Below are positions 33,238-46,559 of a DNA stretch of 64,000 nt, piece after piece. The notes under the pieces are model-generated. The model worked only from the letters and a program-made list of their open reading frames with translations, was not told the DNA's origin and made no database searches. The translations under genes and the position numbers were made by a program. Within the stretch, counting starts at the first letter, position 1. Each line of letters starts with the position of its first letter. This stretch comes from Phoronis australis (taxonomy: Eukaryota > Animalia > Phoronida), in the NCBI GenBank assembly GCA_002633005.1, contig NMRA01000222.1:186001-250000 (forward strand), read 5' to 3'.

Positions 33238-36200
33238 AAGCTGATAATCCTATGGGAAAACTTGCCGAGTAGAAAAATATGCTTTCATTATCCACGCCAT
33301 ATTAGTTATGAAGCAGACTAATAGCCAAAGAGTTTATCTCTGAAGACACTTCGTACAGGGATCGCGAGTTGAGCGTATGGAACTAAAAGCGACTCTAAAG
33401 AGTAATTAGGAATAATTTAATTAACTTATTAGCGCAATATGTTTGAATTATCTGTCAAAATGAACGTCAACAGTATTGGCGTTTCCGAACCGAAGGTTTC
33501 GGAAACTGCAAGTTGTTTAAATGGTGGTACGTGTTGAGTTATTTATGCCGTCGATATGAAACCATTGGAATAAAAGTTCTTATAGCATCCGATGTTTTTT
33601 ATAATTATGGCGCAAAATATCTATGATAGACGTTAAACTTAAATTTCCCAATGTTTTGAGTCACTATTCATCGCCAGTTACTGTAAAAACTAAGAACGCT
33701 CTTGTTCAACCTGATTTTTAAATTTCCATCAATGACCACGTTTCCGATTCGTTTGTCGTATACGATGTATGGTTTCGTGCCATTGAATGGAAGTATACAG
33801 TACTTACAGTATCTCTAAATCACATCGTTTATTTTCGGTAATTTTAGCTTAGTCATTATTTAGAGTTGTTCTGGTCATCACAATGAAGGCGTACACATTA
33901 GCAACTGGAATATTCATGCGGCAGAGTTGAGTTCAGCTTGAACCCCAGGTCCGAACAGATCCGTGATTCATATCTATTATTGTAAAGCACACGCTGTTAT
34001 TTATTATGTAGAATGTGAATTCAATAAGCCATCATATCATGCCTTTGTGCCGAAAAACTCCCAAAACAACATCGGCTGAAAATACCCACTGACAATGTCA
34101 GTACAGTCCTACCACCATTTACAATGTAGCTCTTTCATAGTTTGCGTAATGCCCGCATAAGAGAGCATCTGTCTTGAATAGCTGACTGCTCATTTTGGCG
34201 GTATTTGTAAAATTACTTTCAATTGCAACCAAATGGGCTATCATCGAAACCGCGTCACACTCTGTCACCGACAGAAAAGAGTCTTCGTGGCCATGGACCT
34301 GAATTAAGCGTTTTTCGACTGTTAAATTGTACAATACGAACTGCCTCTATTGTGGTTTTGAGAAACCGAGCAATATGGAATGAGAAAAACGATCGCATAT
34401 AATAAAAGTACCCATATTTTGTTCCTGATAATGAGATTACAATTTTCAACAGTCAAACAGGAAGACACTGCACAGTAAATACAGATATAAGTAACAAATT
34501 ACGGGCAATCCTACATGATTAGTTACGAAAAATTCCAAGAAGAGAATGCCAAAGCTTGCATCTCTATTGAAAGTATTGATTGCGAAATGTGATACGTATT
34601 TGAATGAAATATAAATATTGACGTTATGAAACTTATTTCTCTGCCTCCAATTGTAAAAAAACCATTGCCTGAAATACATTCAAACCTGGCACATTCGTCG
34701 ATGAACTAACATTATTTAACATCCTATGTTATGATTAGCTCTTGTTACTTTTTTATATGGCAAACAACACAAAATTCCGACTAATACGTGTAGTTTAATA
34801 TTTTTACATTTTAAATCCGACTAAAATTTTGTGCAGCGGTACGATAACGTTTGAACATACAATAGCGTCGTCTATTCGTATTCCTTAACGCAACCGTAAA
34901 GAAATCCTGCGATAGACTAGTAGCTCTTAATATCTTATAGCAAATTCCGCTAAACAATTGCCTTTTTATATAAATAGATGAATCGAGTTGCAAAACAAAA
35001 GGTGCTGTCGATTAGTGGATAGATCTACAACAGTTAATTAATGGTCTTAACTCTACCGTTCAATACGCAGCGCGTATGGAAGGAAATCCACGTTGAATAC
35101 GTTATGAAGGGCTTCCCCCGTAGTACTAGATTTATAAAATATTAACAGGGGTTTTCTTAGTTTTGCATTAAGAATTAATGCGGGAAATTCCATCGCTATT
35201 ATATGCGACTTAAATCAGTGATATTACTTGTTGAATCGGAGGGAATTCCCTGAATGGATTTGTTGCTATACTCACCGAATACTCTCGTAAGAGCAACATT
35301 TTTAGTCGCGAATATCGCTTATCTGTAGTATTTTTATTTGAAGTCAGACGTTAACAGACGTGTTATGAAGGGAAACACGTTCTAGTCCGCATGCCTTGAT
35401 GATTATGAATTTTTATAAACTGCACGTTTTACTCTGATTCTTTGGTCAAGCACGACTTTTCATGAGCTTCGCGTTTCAAAAAGAAAGTAATCTGAAAATT
35501 TCAGTGAATTCGCTTCTTGAATAAGGGTCTTTCCCGCATTGGGTAATGCGCACGTTGTTATTCCTTTACAGAAAAACTGAAGACGAAAATGCTGATAGAC
35601 ACAAATGCTGATACATGAGAGAGCAGGTTTTTCTAATATTAGTTAATTGGTGGTTTCTTCCGCGACTACCCGTCTTATTGCTGCAACAATTATGGGATAA
35701 AAGTAGCGGTAACCAGGTGTGTATGAGAATTTATCGGATTTCTCAGCCAGTGTTTGTTTAACGTTCTTGTTCCTGTCGATTCGTTATAATTCCACCTGAC
35801 TCGAGACTTGTGCTGAAGGAAACACGTCTGTCCATACAACCTAGTATTGATCACCCTTGCTCATTTTGGGGATTAATTTTCTTTGTTTCGGCGCTAATTA
35901 TCGATGTTTTAGCTTGGTGAAGACGTTAAACTGGTACAGAAACGAACGCGTGTTTTTTTCACAATGTATGGACTCGTGACACATTTCTCGAATTGAGCTG
36001 CGTAGCGGACAGTTTATTGCCTACCGTGGAGGTGCATTTGCTGAATAGAGCCGCAAAATTTGTCTTTCACTTTCCTACAATTAGGATTATTTCTAAATTG
36101 TATCTGTTCTGGATCAACACAACGTTACATACACTGTAGATGTGGATTGACATGAACTAGATTTACGGAAATGACATTTTTAAACCAGTTTTTGAAATTT

Positions 36201-37220
36201 GAATTAAAATCTAGGTAACCTTATAGCACTTCAAGTGTTGCAAAATTGGGTCATTGAATTATCTTTAACTTCATTCTTTGGTGATCTCTTTCAATTTCAG
36301 AATGGTATTTATTAACCTATACGCGGTGAAATCCCAAAATGATGTCACATTTAAAGAACGTATTTCGCTATTCGTTCGAAATCCTCAAATTTACACGATA
36401 CTGTACATTTAAAGGGGCATTAGTCTCACACCATCTGTCAAAACCAACTTTGGATTTGGCCATTTAGGCAACTTTCTGTTATAAACTCGGTCTCATTTTC
36501 CTTTATCGGACCAAAAATAACTCAAAGTCTTGACAAGTACTGACAGTTCTGCTGGCTCAGACCACGCCCATGAAGTTTGCTCGTAGTCATGGTGAGTTGG
36601 ATTCAGTCGCCAAGACAGTACAGAGAACTACCAGCAGACAATTTATTGTCCAATTTCAGTTCAAACAAAGGATAAGAACTCGATGACGTCACTTTCAAAG
36701 AGCAACTACGCATGTGAATAAGTTGATGTTTTTAATACCAGAACACGGTAAATAAAGGCTTCGACTTTTTTCTTATTCGTGTAAATATGTCAGTAGTGCT
36801 GTAAATCAAAATTGTGTAATGTAGACTAATTTGATGTTTACATAAGGTATTTTTATGAAAGAAAAGATGGAAGGTTTTAAAAAACTCCTCACCTTGGTTG
36901 ACGAAGCAAGATAGGGTCACTAATTTTTAATAAAACGCGGCAGTATATTTTAGGAACGCCTGAACTCCCTGTTCCCGACATTGTTGGTTGAGTTAGAAAT
37001 ACTTCAAGACAACCTGCTCCTGCACGCGAGAACTACAGTATGTCGCCAATTGGAAAAAAACGGCAATGAAGGCGGTAAATTCCATGTTTCGGAAACTTTG
37101 TGATACATAAAAACCGAGGTTCTTAAATGCCTCAATACCTACAATTGAAAAAAATCCAAAACTTGTCTCAGGCTAGGCCTACGTTACGTGGGGCTGCCGC
37201 TCATGAACACAGTTTCCCAC

Positions 37221-37512
37221 TTATAAACACTGCTAATGGGCCCGATAAACTCAGCTCACCAACTCACTGGCCCCTCACCGACTGCTAAACACAATGTCGG
37301 ACTCACAGAACAAGGCTAACGCACCCCAAAACATCGGTCTTTACTCACAAGAACAGCCCACTTACCGTCCAACACGGTACGCGGATATGTGGCCCGTCAA
37401 TAGTGTTTGTGAATGCCAGGGTGAGCAGAGATCACCATTGTGTTATTGAATACGGGCACAAGGTTATGAGTCTGTGAACTGAGTTAATCCGGCCTGTGTG
37501 CCGTGTTTATAA
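37221..37512. mobile_element. Degenerate MITE-like inverted repeat
   Basis: TTATAAACAC...AACTCAGCTCAC versus GTGAACTGAGTT...GTGTTTATAA. Confidence 0.5.
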
Positions 37513-39354
37513 ACGAAAAACAATCATTTTCACCAGTTAGCAAATCGTGCTGGTCGGAAAGCTTGTATTCTGGACTTGGTAAATCGTGTTGGTTCAACAT
37601 AGCCGATCATGGCCAATCGATATACCCTTCGCTAATGCATATGTATCCACGGATGGGCGAGTACAGTCTCTTGTGTGTTAGGTCTTAACCTAAATCAATT
37701 TTCGGTTATTGGATCTCGCTGACCAACACAGGTCGGTATTTACGCTTTACTTCCATCAACGTCAAGAAAGGTCTTCATAAATTACTGAGGGTTTTCTTGG
37801 TAGAAATTGCAACAGAACTGTGGCTACCGGGGTTGTGTTGTTCGATAACTATGGCGACAGGGACGCGGTGCCCCCTTGCGAATATATCTGAGTAAACTAC
37901 GCCATAGGGCACGTAGTTGATAGAGGCTGATTTATAAAATCGAAATGGCGTGCACATGTAAAGATGTAGCTATAGGATAATGCAACTTCCCGGAGTCGAA
38001 CATACATAGAATAATTAGAAAAACATGTGACAGTAACTACCTCTTCTTTTAAACGTTTATTACTATGAAGGAAAAGACAGTAAACACACCTTACAAAATG
38101 CCCATGGGATTAAGACATACTTATGGAGCTGGAAAATACAAAGCTGCCGACGTCGACTACAAATTTCATGTTTTCTTGTATCCGCAATAATATCGAATTA
38201 AACGTCTAGGTTTGCAGTGTAATGATAAGTTGCCTGGTAAATGTTCAAATGTTATACTCTTGCTTTATATATATATATATATATTCATTACATAAATAAA
38301 TAGATTTATGTATATGCGTATGTGACACTGTATATGTATATGCATATAATCAGTATTTTTGTCGAAAACGTTGCACGTTGGGTGGATATTAATTAAAGCT
38401 ATTTTTGCACGCGGCTGTGCTGCAAAAGGTAAGGTATTCATAAAGAACGACGCCCTTCGGTTTTATGTAACTCATGAGAAACCACGGGCTTCACGCCATC
38501 TCTAACTGTTGTTATATTGTTAATCAGAATTAATTGTCTCTACGGCACAACCAATTACAAAAAAACAGAGCCAATGAAACCAGACAAAGTGACATTTATG
38601 AGGTACATGCATGTACAATAATCACTTGACATATCTGATCGGATCCACTCTGCTGTTAATGAAAATTAATAAACTTTATTTAATTCCATTTCTAGCCGAG
38701 ACGACTGAACACTTCTGCCTTGAAAATATCGTTTACATCACCAACAACAAAGCAATGGTATGGGTTATTGTTAAGACGCCGTATTGTTGGAAGTTTATGA
38801 CAACTTAATCGGTGCTGTAGCTTTGTGTTGTGTCTCATCTAGTAACTACCCGTGGGTGAAGGGAGCCGTGTGGAGATTACGAACAATGTTTACATATAGT
38901 AAAGGGGGCTAAAATTGGTTTATTTTGAAAGTAGCGTAAATATTTGGAGACCGTATGTTCACAAGACAGTTTTATACCAATACTCACCAGTGTGTATTTA
39001 TGTTTTTCAGCTACAGTATTCGACGCCAAATACAGGCTCGCGTCGTGTTTTGTTCCTTGACATCCAAAAGTGGAAAAAAGCAATACACTGCATTTGTGCG
39101 TCCAAGGCGAACTATTGTCTGCGAAAGCCAAGATATTTTGATAGTGAGATAACAGGACACCTGCTTAAGTTATGTTTTTTGATTGACGTTACTGTTGAAA
39201 TAACAATTGTATCTATTTTGAAATACAAAATTTTCCTGGAAACCACGTGTTTGCAAATGTCTGAAACATAATACTGCGATGTTTTCATTTCGTGAGTTAT
39301 CAATCGTCAAAATGCTCTTTATATTCGTTATGGATTTGGCCAAAACAGGAAGAT

Positions 39355-39476
39355 TAAATTGACGATCAAGGTTTTAGAAAATTCCATCTAATAACAAGTA
39401 CCCGCCGTTTCACAGCTTCCAAAGTCGAGTACTTGTAATAAAGATGGAATTTTAAAAAACCTTGATCGTCAATTTT
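39355..39476. repeat. Palindromic mini-element with ~45-bp arms
   Basis: AAATTGACGATCAAGGTTTT..AAAATTCCATCT..TAACAAGTAC versus GTACTTGTAA..AGATGGAATTTT..AAAACCTTGATCGTCAATTT. Confidence 0.8.
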
Positions 39477-39550
39477 ATTCTCAAAATGCTCGTAGATTGA
39501 ATTTTTTTAGCTACTACTTTTTATGACAAAGGCAAACAATTTTTGAGACA

Positions 39551-39800
39551 TTCATAATCATCGTCCTCATCATGATAACCATCGTCATCGTCACATTATC
39601 ATCATCATCATCACCATGATCATCATCATCGCCATCATCATCATCTTCATCATCATCATCATCATCATCGCCATCATCATCATCATCATCACCGACGCCA
39701 TCATCATCATCACAGTCGTCAATTGTCGTCATCGTGGTTGTTATCATCACCATCGTCATTATCGTTTTCATCATCATCACCGTGACGGTCACCACAACCG
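39551..39800. repeat. Degenerate (CAT/CGT)n microsatellite
   Basis: Long CAT run that produces the spurious poly-D, poly-I and poly-H ORFs. Confidence 0.95.
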
Positions 39801-40441
39801 TCAGCGCCGTCGTCGTAACCTGTCCTTGAAGGTCAGAACGAAATCAAGCTGTCTAATCCCCAAATCTAGCTACATTTTGAAGTCCAAATATCACGTATCT
39901 AAAAACAAATCTCTACGCGCGTTATGGTTTCCTAGTGAAAGACAGATTTGGTTGCCATGACGGCGCTGGTGCGTCTGAGTCAAACCTCGGTGATAGTTCA
40001 GCAATAGCAGCAGGAGTGGCCGGATCGCGTGAGTAGCTGCTTGTTGACTTCCAGCTGGTTGACGCATGGCTATCAACGAGCAGCGGAATTATTCTCTCAA
40101 ACGGTCAATCTTCCTTGTGTACCGGAAATGAATGAGCAGCTGAAAAATAATATGAGTATGGATATAACTGTCCTCTGATAATAGTCGTTCTTCTACAGTC
40201 AAACACTGCAGACAAAATTGAATTATAATCTGCATTGAGACGAGTTTCCATGACAAACCATCCGGGGGTACACACCGAGGAACAAATAACATACATACAC
40301 GGAAGTGTTTATTTTAGACGATGCGACTACTAGAAACAATAATATTGAAATATATTCTACTCTACTGCTTTCACGTGCTTTTCACGAGGTGCGTGTGCTT
40401 AAGATTTGTCAGACTGTTTTGTATTGTAATAATGCTATATT

Positions 40442-40580
40442 CAATGACGGATTTAAGGGTGGGGGTCAAGGGGGGCATGTCCCTCCTAAAATTCGCTTAG
40501 AGTCCATTTGACACTACGAGGGTGCAAATATCTGACGGGCAAAATCGTGGCTAATACTCTGCCCTGGCTCCCCCTAACTC
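40442..40580 (-). mobile_element. Partial copy of the 5-bp-TSD MITE
   Basis: CAATGACGGATTTA...ATCTGACGGGCAAAATCGTGGCTAATACTCTGCCCTGG; right terminus missing. Confidence 0.75.
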
Positions 40581-43024
40581 ATAAGCCATAAAAATAAGGA
40601 CTTTCAGGAATTTATGAAAACCTCAAAAGTTGCATAAAACGATAACAAAGCATCATGAACCCTAATTGCGTTTGTCAGGTATCATCGTGAACATTTATAT
40701 CAAAAGGTCATTTTATTGATACCGTTGTTTTGTTAAAATTTCACATTTCTTTTTCGATAAATTTTAAAGACGTGACACGATTTGGGAAATTTTACGTACG
40801 GCACTGGTGTCGCTTTCAGTGCATTACGATTGTCGGCTGGCAAACATCCGGTGACGTCACGGAAAGCAGCACTTGTGACTGGAGCTCACGACAGTCGAAA
40901 GCACGGATCCATAGTAACATGGTTTTGGTGCGAGGATGACTAAACAACAGTCATATAAAAATAAATAATTGAAACGAGCTACAAATGCTTCGATTGAATA
41001 CATAGACTTATAAGGTATATAATCGTCGGGTTTTACGACTGGAAACAGAATTTTGGAGACTATTGTTCATGGAACAGAGTTATTGAAGAGCCCTAACCAG
41101 TCAAATACATGTACGCATACAACTCTGTCATTTATCGAGTGGAATTTAGATCCGCCAGCTGTCAATGTTGGACAGCGGTCGCTGAGGTGCGTTTTATCCA
41201 GCGTTGCGACTGATCTCACCAATAACGTCATTTGCATAGACAAATTTTGTAAGTTTTGTAGATGCAATGCATTTGTCTTAGTACAACGACTTGCAGGTAA
41301 TGTACCAGACAGCCCTAAATACTGGACCCCATGTAAATTAATCAAGCATGCAACAACAGTGAAGTGACGTAGTTGACTCAACTATCAAGTTCCTGCATCT
41401 CAGCTGTTGCAGACGTATGTGTACCGGGATTTCTGAAAGAGACCCCGACAATATAAAGCCCCCATGGGGGCTCCTTTGGATCGATTTGCATGTCTGGTAC
41501 ACATGCACAAAGAATGCACTATATCTTGGTTCGTGATCTTTAATTAAAGGGAGGCGTTAAAATATTTCAATTTGCTCATTTGTCAAAAGAAACGTCCGTC
41601 TCTTTTGTAGCCAAGCAGAAAGTGGAACCTGCCTCACGAAAGATACCTTCAAAGCAAATGGTCGTGAATGAGGACGTTGTGGACGGCCTGACAAGTTTCT
41701 GAAAGCGCACGCCACTTTTTACACACTCTTTTTGGATGCAAGGTCACTTCGGCAAAATGAAATTCTCGCCAGTAAATAAAAGCCATTGTAACGGTATCCA
41801 AGTGCTGAAAAATATCTTTAAGTTATCCCTGGGGTTCTATTTTTAGTAAAAGCAAAATAAAAGGCTGGCTTTACATTTTGAAAATTTTTAAACACGCAAG
41901 TTCGGGTTTATTACGTCCTGCTTGCGTTCATCTCACTGCATGATCCTTTTAAGACCTAAACACTTTAAATTATCACCAATTAGACTGCCGTCTGTTGCAC
42001 AAACTCCACCATGCGTGTTCATATATAGACTCTTCCGGAAATCGATCGTTTCTCAGGCCAGAGTAGAGCTAGACGATGCGACGGGTGCGAATGGATCTCC
42101 GTAGGCAGGCGAATCCCGTCCCAACATCATTATTCCTCAGGTCTGCTTCAACAAGGACAATTCTGGTTCTAAATGACTTACTGTCCTCTTCAGTTTTTGA
42201 GACAAAGTGCACAAAATAATGTCAAGAAAACAGTGAGATTGAAAGTATGCTGTTCCAAAATGACTGGGCTGGTGACTGCTGGAGTTACGGGGAAACTACA
42301 CAGATTTGCTAGAACGAGTTGAATCAGATTTTTAAATTCAAGGCCAGAAATTTCAGATGGCGTGGATTTGACAGTATTTGTGCCATGGACATAAAATTTT
42401 CCAACTAAGAGTACAAACAAAAGATATTTGTTTGAGCAAAAACTACACTAGATTTAATGAATTTGAATGAATGCAATATGTTGCTGATGGCTTTCTGATT
42501 TTAACGAAATTTTACTCTGAAAATTGTGTCGCAGACGTGACATCTGAACTTTTTTTAATAATGACAACATAATAAATAATCATTTCCAAGTAACATATGG
42601 GCAACATATAAAGCATATTTTTGAATCAATTGTACATTTAGTAAGAATTTGTTAGGACCAGTCATGAATTAGTAAGTCTTATTATATTGACTATTAACTA
42701 ATGTAAAGTCCGCAACAATCTGATTGGCAAAAGTTGTTTTCAAGAAAAAGTAATAACTCAAACTTGCTGCCTTTTCAATTCCTCTTTTTCCTTCATAGAA
42801 TCATCAAACACTTATACCCCACTATCTCACTGAAAAAAATCTTGAATCAATAACAAAAGTTTCCCGACAACTGTTGCACTTTATGTTGTTTATTTTTTAT
42901 TTTATTTTATTTAGCACATAGATGAATACTTATTTGTGACATATAATGTCCAAGTTGGAAGTCTGCACGATTCTTAAAATGCACCAAATTGGAGCGAATT
43001 TACTTTAAACAGTTAATCCAGCTA

Positions 43025-43470
43025 ATGAAACATGACAAGACGAATGTGTATGAATATAACGCGATGCTGATTCAAGATGTTGTTGACAAAAAGTACCATG
43101 GAGCAGAAGGCGCAGCTTCACAGTGCAAAGACTAATTGCAACTTTGAACCATCACGAAGATTTTGGTTCTACTGCCGATTGGAGTTCTTTTTGCCACATC
43201 TCCTGGAAAAGGGCCAGTTGACAGCATATGTGACACAATGAACACAAGTGTGTGGAGGAACCTGTTAAAGTACACCCTTGTTGTAAACAATACCAAGAAA
43301 TTCTACTAGGCAGCGAAGGATCTAGACAGGACCAAATCCTGTTTGAAGTAAGAGAAAGCATTGGAGCTTTAACTGGGCTTCTGCAAGACCGATGGGAGAC
43401 TGTCGTAACCGTGAAGCGGACTCGAGCCTACCATTTCGTTCAGATTCATTCATACCAGTTTCTCAACATC
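43025..43470 (+). pseudogene. DDE transposase relic, CMC (Chapaev-like) type
   Basis: Across frameshifts: MKHDKTNVYEY...EGAASQCKD...LNHHEDFGSTADW-FFATSPGKGPVDSI...LQDRW...TRAYHF, following the HD / SDG-A-QYKN / W-FFATSHGKGP-DG / GTR-H motif order I recall for Chapaev-like transposases. Confidence 0.7.
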
Positions 43471-43640
43471 TTGTGTGGAAAAAACTCACCTTATACCGAT
43501 TCGTCAAGTCTGATGATGGTCAACAAATTGTTGAACGAACTCTGGTCAAGCTTTCGAATACGTGTAAGTTCTTGATGAATCCAAGTTGAGCGACAATAAT
43601 ACAGTGGAGGAGATCGAACTTGTTGATAGCAACTTCATCG

Positions 43641-43818
43641 CAATGGGCGGATTTATGGGGGGGGGGGGGAGGCAAAGAGGCCATGAGGCCATGCCCCCCT
43701 AAAACTCTACCAGATTCCATTTGGCAATTAGGGGGTGGGAACGTATGTCTGACGGGCAAAATCCTGGCTAATACTCTGCCCTGGCTCCCCTAAACTCAAA
43801 ATCCTGGATCCGCCCCTG
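43641..43818 (-). mobile_element. MITE with 5-bp TSD (hAT5-like), full-length
   Basis: CATCG|CAATGGGCGGATTT ... CTGGATCCGCCCCTG|CATCG. Confidence 0.8.
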
Positions 43819-44304
43819 CATCGCGGTCAAATGTAAAAGCAAGCGAGTATTATGCTGTTCAAGTAATAACTGTAAGTCCGGACGCTAGTGAAGTCAAAAT
43901 TGAATGAATGAAAACGTGATAGAATAAACACTTAGTTCAGCTCATCTGTTGAAGGTGGAAGTTGGTTCTGTTGGATCGCCAAAGAACAAGAGTTGAAAAC
44001 TTTCAACACCTAAGATTGACTCTAGGTGCCATTGCGTTTTTTGAGGACCGCGAAACTGTCTCTTTTCAAACACTGTTTCTGTGATGAAAAATGATGACAG
44101 CTGTATATAGTGTTTCAAGATAATTTCAAGTACCATCTATTGTTTTAATTAGTTGTGGCTGTTACATTTTTTGTGGACTTTCAACCTGTTGCCATCAAAA
44201 AGTTTTCTTTTTGATAATTCTGAGTATAATTAGGGTTTTGGATATTCCTATGATGTAGTTTTTATACACTATTGGTATTTTTCTGATCTATATCACAGAT
44301 TACT

Positions 44305-44650
44305 TCATTATTGAGGACAAATAAAACAACAAGAATAATATATATTTTAAGTTGTATTGGGAAATTCAAGGTCACAGCTCTACAAATGATTATTTCCCAG
44401 AAGGTACCAGATGGGTACCTTAATAACAAGAGATAACACACACATTTGCGATACCAAATGTGTAATTGATTGTTGGCTACTAAGTGGCACAGGCTAGTAT
44501 AGTACCAAATGGGTACATAATACCAAAAGAGTATTGGCCGATTGCCTACCAAGTGGGTCGAGCAAAACGACAAATTCAATAACAAGTACCAAATGGTACA
44601 AACTACCAAATGGACAAACATCATATGAAGTACCAAGTGGGTACACCAAA
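44305..44650 (+). repeat. Dispersed repeat with internal TACCAAATGG iterations, copy 1
   Basis: Reverse-complement match to 58645-59057. Confidence 0.8.
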
Positions 44651-45346
44651 CAACCAACTGGGCTATAACAACCTTGTAAAGCAGGTTCCTGGACAAGCAG
44701 AGTGAGCAGACCAGCCGACACGATAACCCAATGCCTCGTTTCTCAATGTTACCGTTTGGTAAGACATAAAGCTACAAGGTAGTGCTCTTTCTTCCATTTC
44801 GGAAATTATCGATCACTTTTGTCTTAAATTTACTGTTTCCTTTACTTTCACCTTTGAACACAAAATTAATTTTGCCAGTCGAAAGATATCACTAAAAATT
44901 AATACTTTTCGTAAATTACAGGCATGCACGTACTCCTGTTATTTTACTAATACTTTTTTTAAATTTTGAAAATGTGGGCGGACCTTCAGAGAAACCTCGT
45001 TGCCAGTGGAGTGATTACCCATAATGCACACGAACCAGCTGACAGAAGAAAAACATGTCGAGCAAAAGCGATAGAGGTGGGCTTGGTGTTTTGGGACTTG
45101 TTGTTACCTAATTCATCATGCGCTGAAATTGTAAATACCCAACTCGAGTAATTGTGAAAATTCCAAGCTGTAAGTCAAGAAACTCCAGAAAATTCTGATG
45201 TGATTCCGAATGTGCACCTCTCGATCACCGCCGTGCGTTGTTGCCGATTTCTCGCGTTGCGATGTTGTTGTTTAATTCAATTTTTGAGCATCGATATCTC
45301 GGAGATGCTATGAAATTTCAAACATTCACTATATGATACCTTCTAA

Positions 45347-45499
45347 AGGGAACGGTGTCTCAGAATCTCAATTTAGGTTCTAGTTTTTCAGAACGAAGCC
45401 TTCAAAAATCAAGAGTACGACAGTTTTTGCTCAAAACGCTCAAAAAGTGGATAATTAAAAAATTAAGTCCTATTTCAAAAAATCTGAGACAGGTTCCCT
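45347..45499. repeat. Imperfect inverted repeat, probably inside a transposon
   Basis: AGGGAACGGTGTCTCAGA versus TCTGAGACAGGTTCCCT. Confidence 0.5.
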
Positions 45500-45639
45500 C
45501 GAAAATACCGTTATCAACATGTTTACAAAAGACCAATATTTTTAAAATCTCTGTTCAAAGTCAAAAAATTGTTTTACTAAAAAAACAATATTTTGTGAAA
45601 GAATAAAGACAAGTAAATAAAAATAATAAATTTCGTTGG

Positions 45640-45953
45640 GAAATTTATCCACCTTTCAGAAAATATATACTTTGTAGGGATTACAGCTAACAGAATTTAA
45701 GATATTTGCAAATCAGTACAACCTGGTAAACGAGATTCACAGTTTCCCAAGACGCTGTTTATGCAAATAGGTTGAAACAAGGATCTGTAGGTGGCGCTGA
45801 ACGCCTGTACATCAAAGACCCGGCTCGAGTTCAATAGCTGTCTCGCAGCTAGAAGGATCTAGCCAAAATCACGCATTCTCATTTAAAATACACGGCAATA
45901 TGTCATGTCATCTCACTAACCTTGCTTTTTAGCGAAGTCTTAGCGTTGCTGAA
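45640..45953 (+). repeat. Dispersed repeat, block Y copy 2
   Basis: Direct match to 16980-17455, strongest at 45854-45953. Confidence 0.55.
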
Positions 45954-46559
45954 CTCTACCCTGATAGCCGTGTGGCGCTTGGGGATGGTGAATTTCAATA
46001 TGGCTCGGCTACATGTCGAAATTCAGCCATTAGTTTTTCTTATGTTGACGAGACGAGTTCAGTGTAGTACTGCAGTCCTGCCAGTGCTTTGAAAACACAA
46101 GTCATAGAATCACTAGGACCGCAACCACCAAAATTTTGTCAGTCTATTTTAATACTCGAAACTTAAAAAAAACTCGGACTCAGCAATTTCTTGTATTTTG
46201 AAGACCACCAACAACGCACTCACTCAAAAGCACCAGTAACCTTCAGTAATCCTCACGTTTTCCGAGTAGTGCCCAGGAAAAGGGTGAAAACCAATAATTT
46301 GCCAGTGTTACTCGAGCAAATTTGGGAAAATATCTGGAAATTCCGAGTTTACTATCTAGCATTCTTGAAAAAAGTACTTACTACATATATTACGATTTAT
46401 TTGAAGACTTAACTTAACAACTCGATACATCATTAAACACTGAGAGCATATTAACTAAATTTGCGATCAGTATGAATACATCAATTGGATTTACAAAGTA
46501 CATACCCACGTTATGTTTGCCTGGCGTGTGCCTATAGAGTTCAGGAAAAAAGGCCCGCA

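Noticed and set aside
39514-39960. Poly-D, poly-I and poly-H ORFs
   Set aside because: Products of the (CAT)n microsatellite
44400-44650. CRISPR-like repeat-spacer pattern
   Set aside because: Units are only about 10 bp and irregularly spaced, in a eukaryotic context with no cas genes
44262-44721. 144-aa and 75-aa ORFs resembling the ORF at 58676
   Set aside because: Similarity is explained by the shared non-coding repeat
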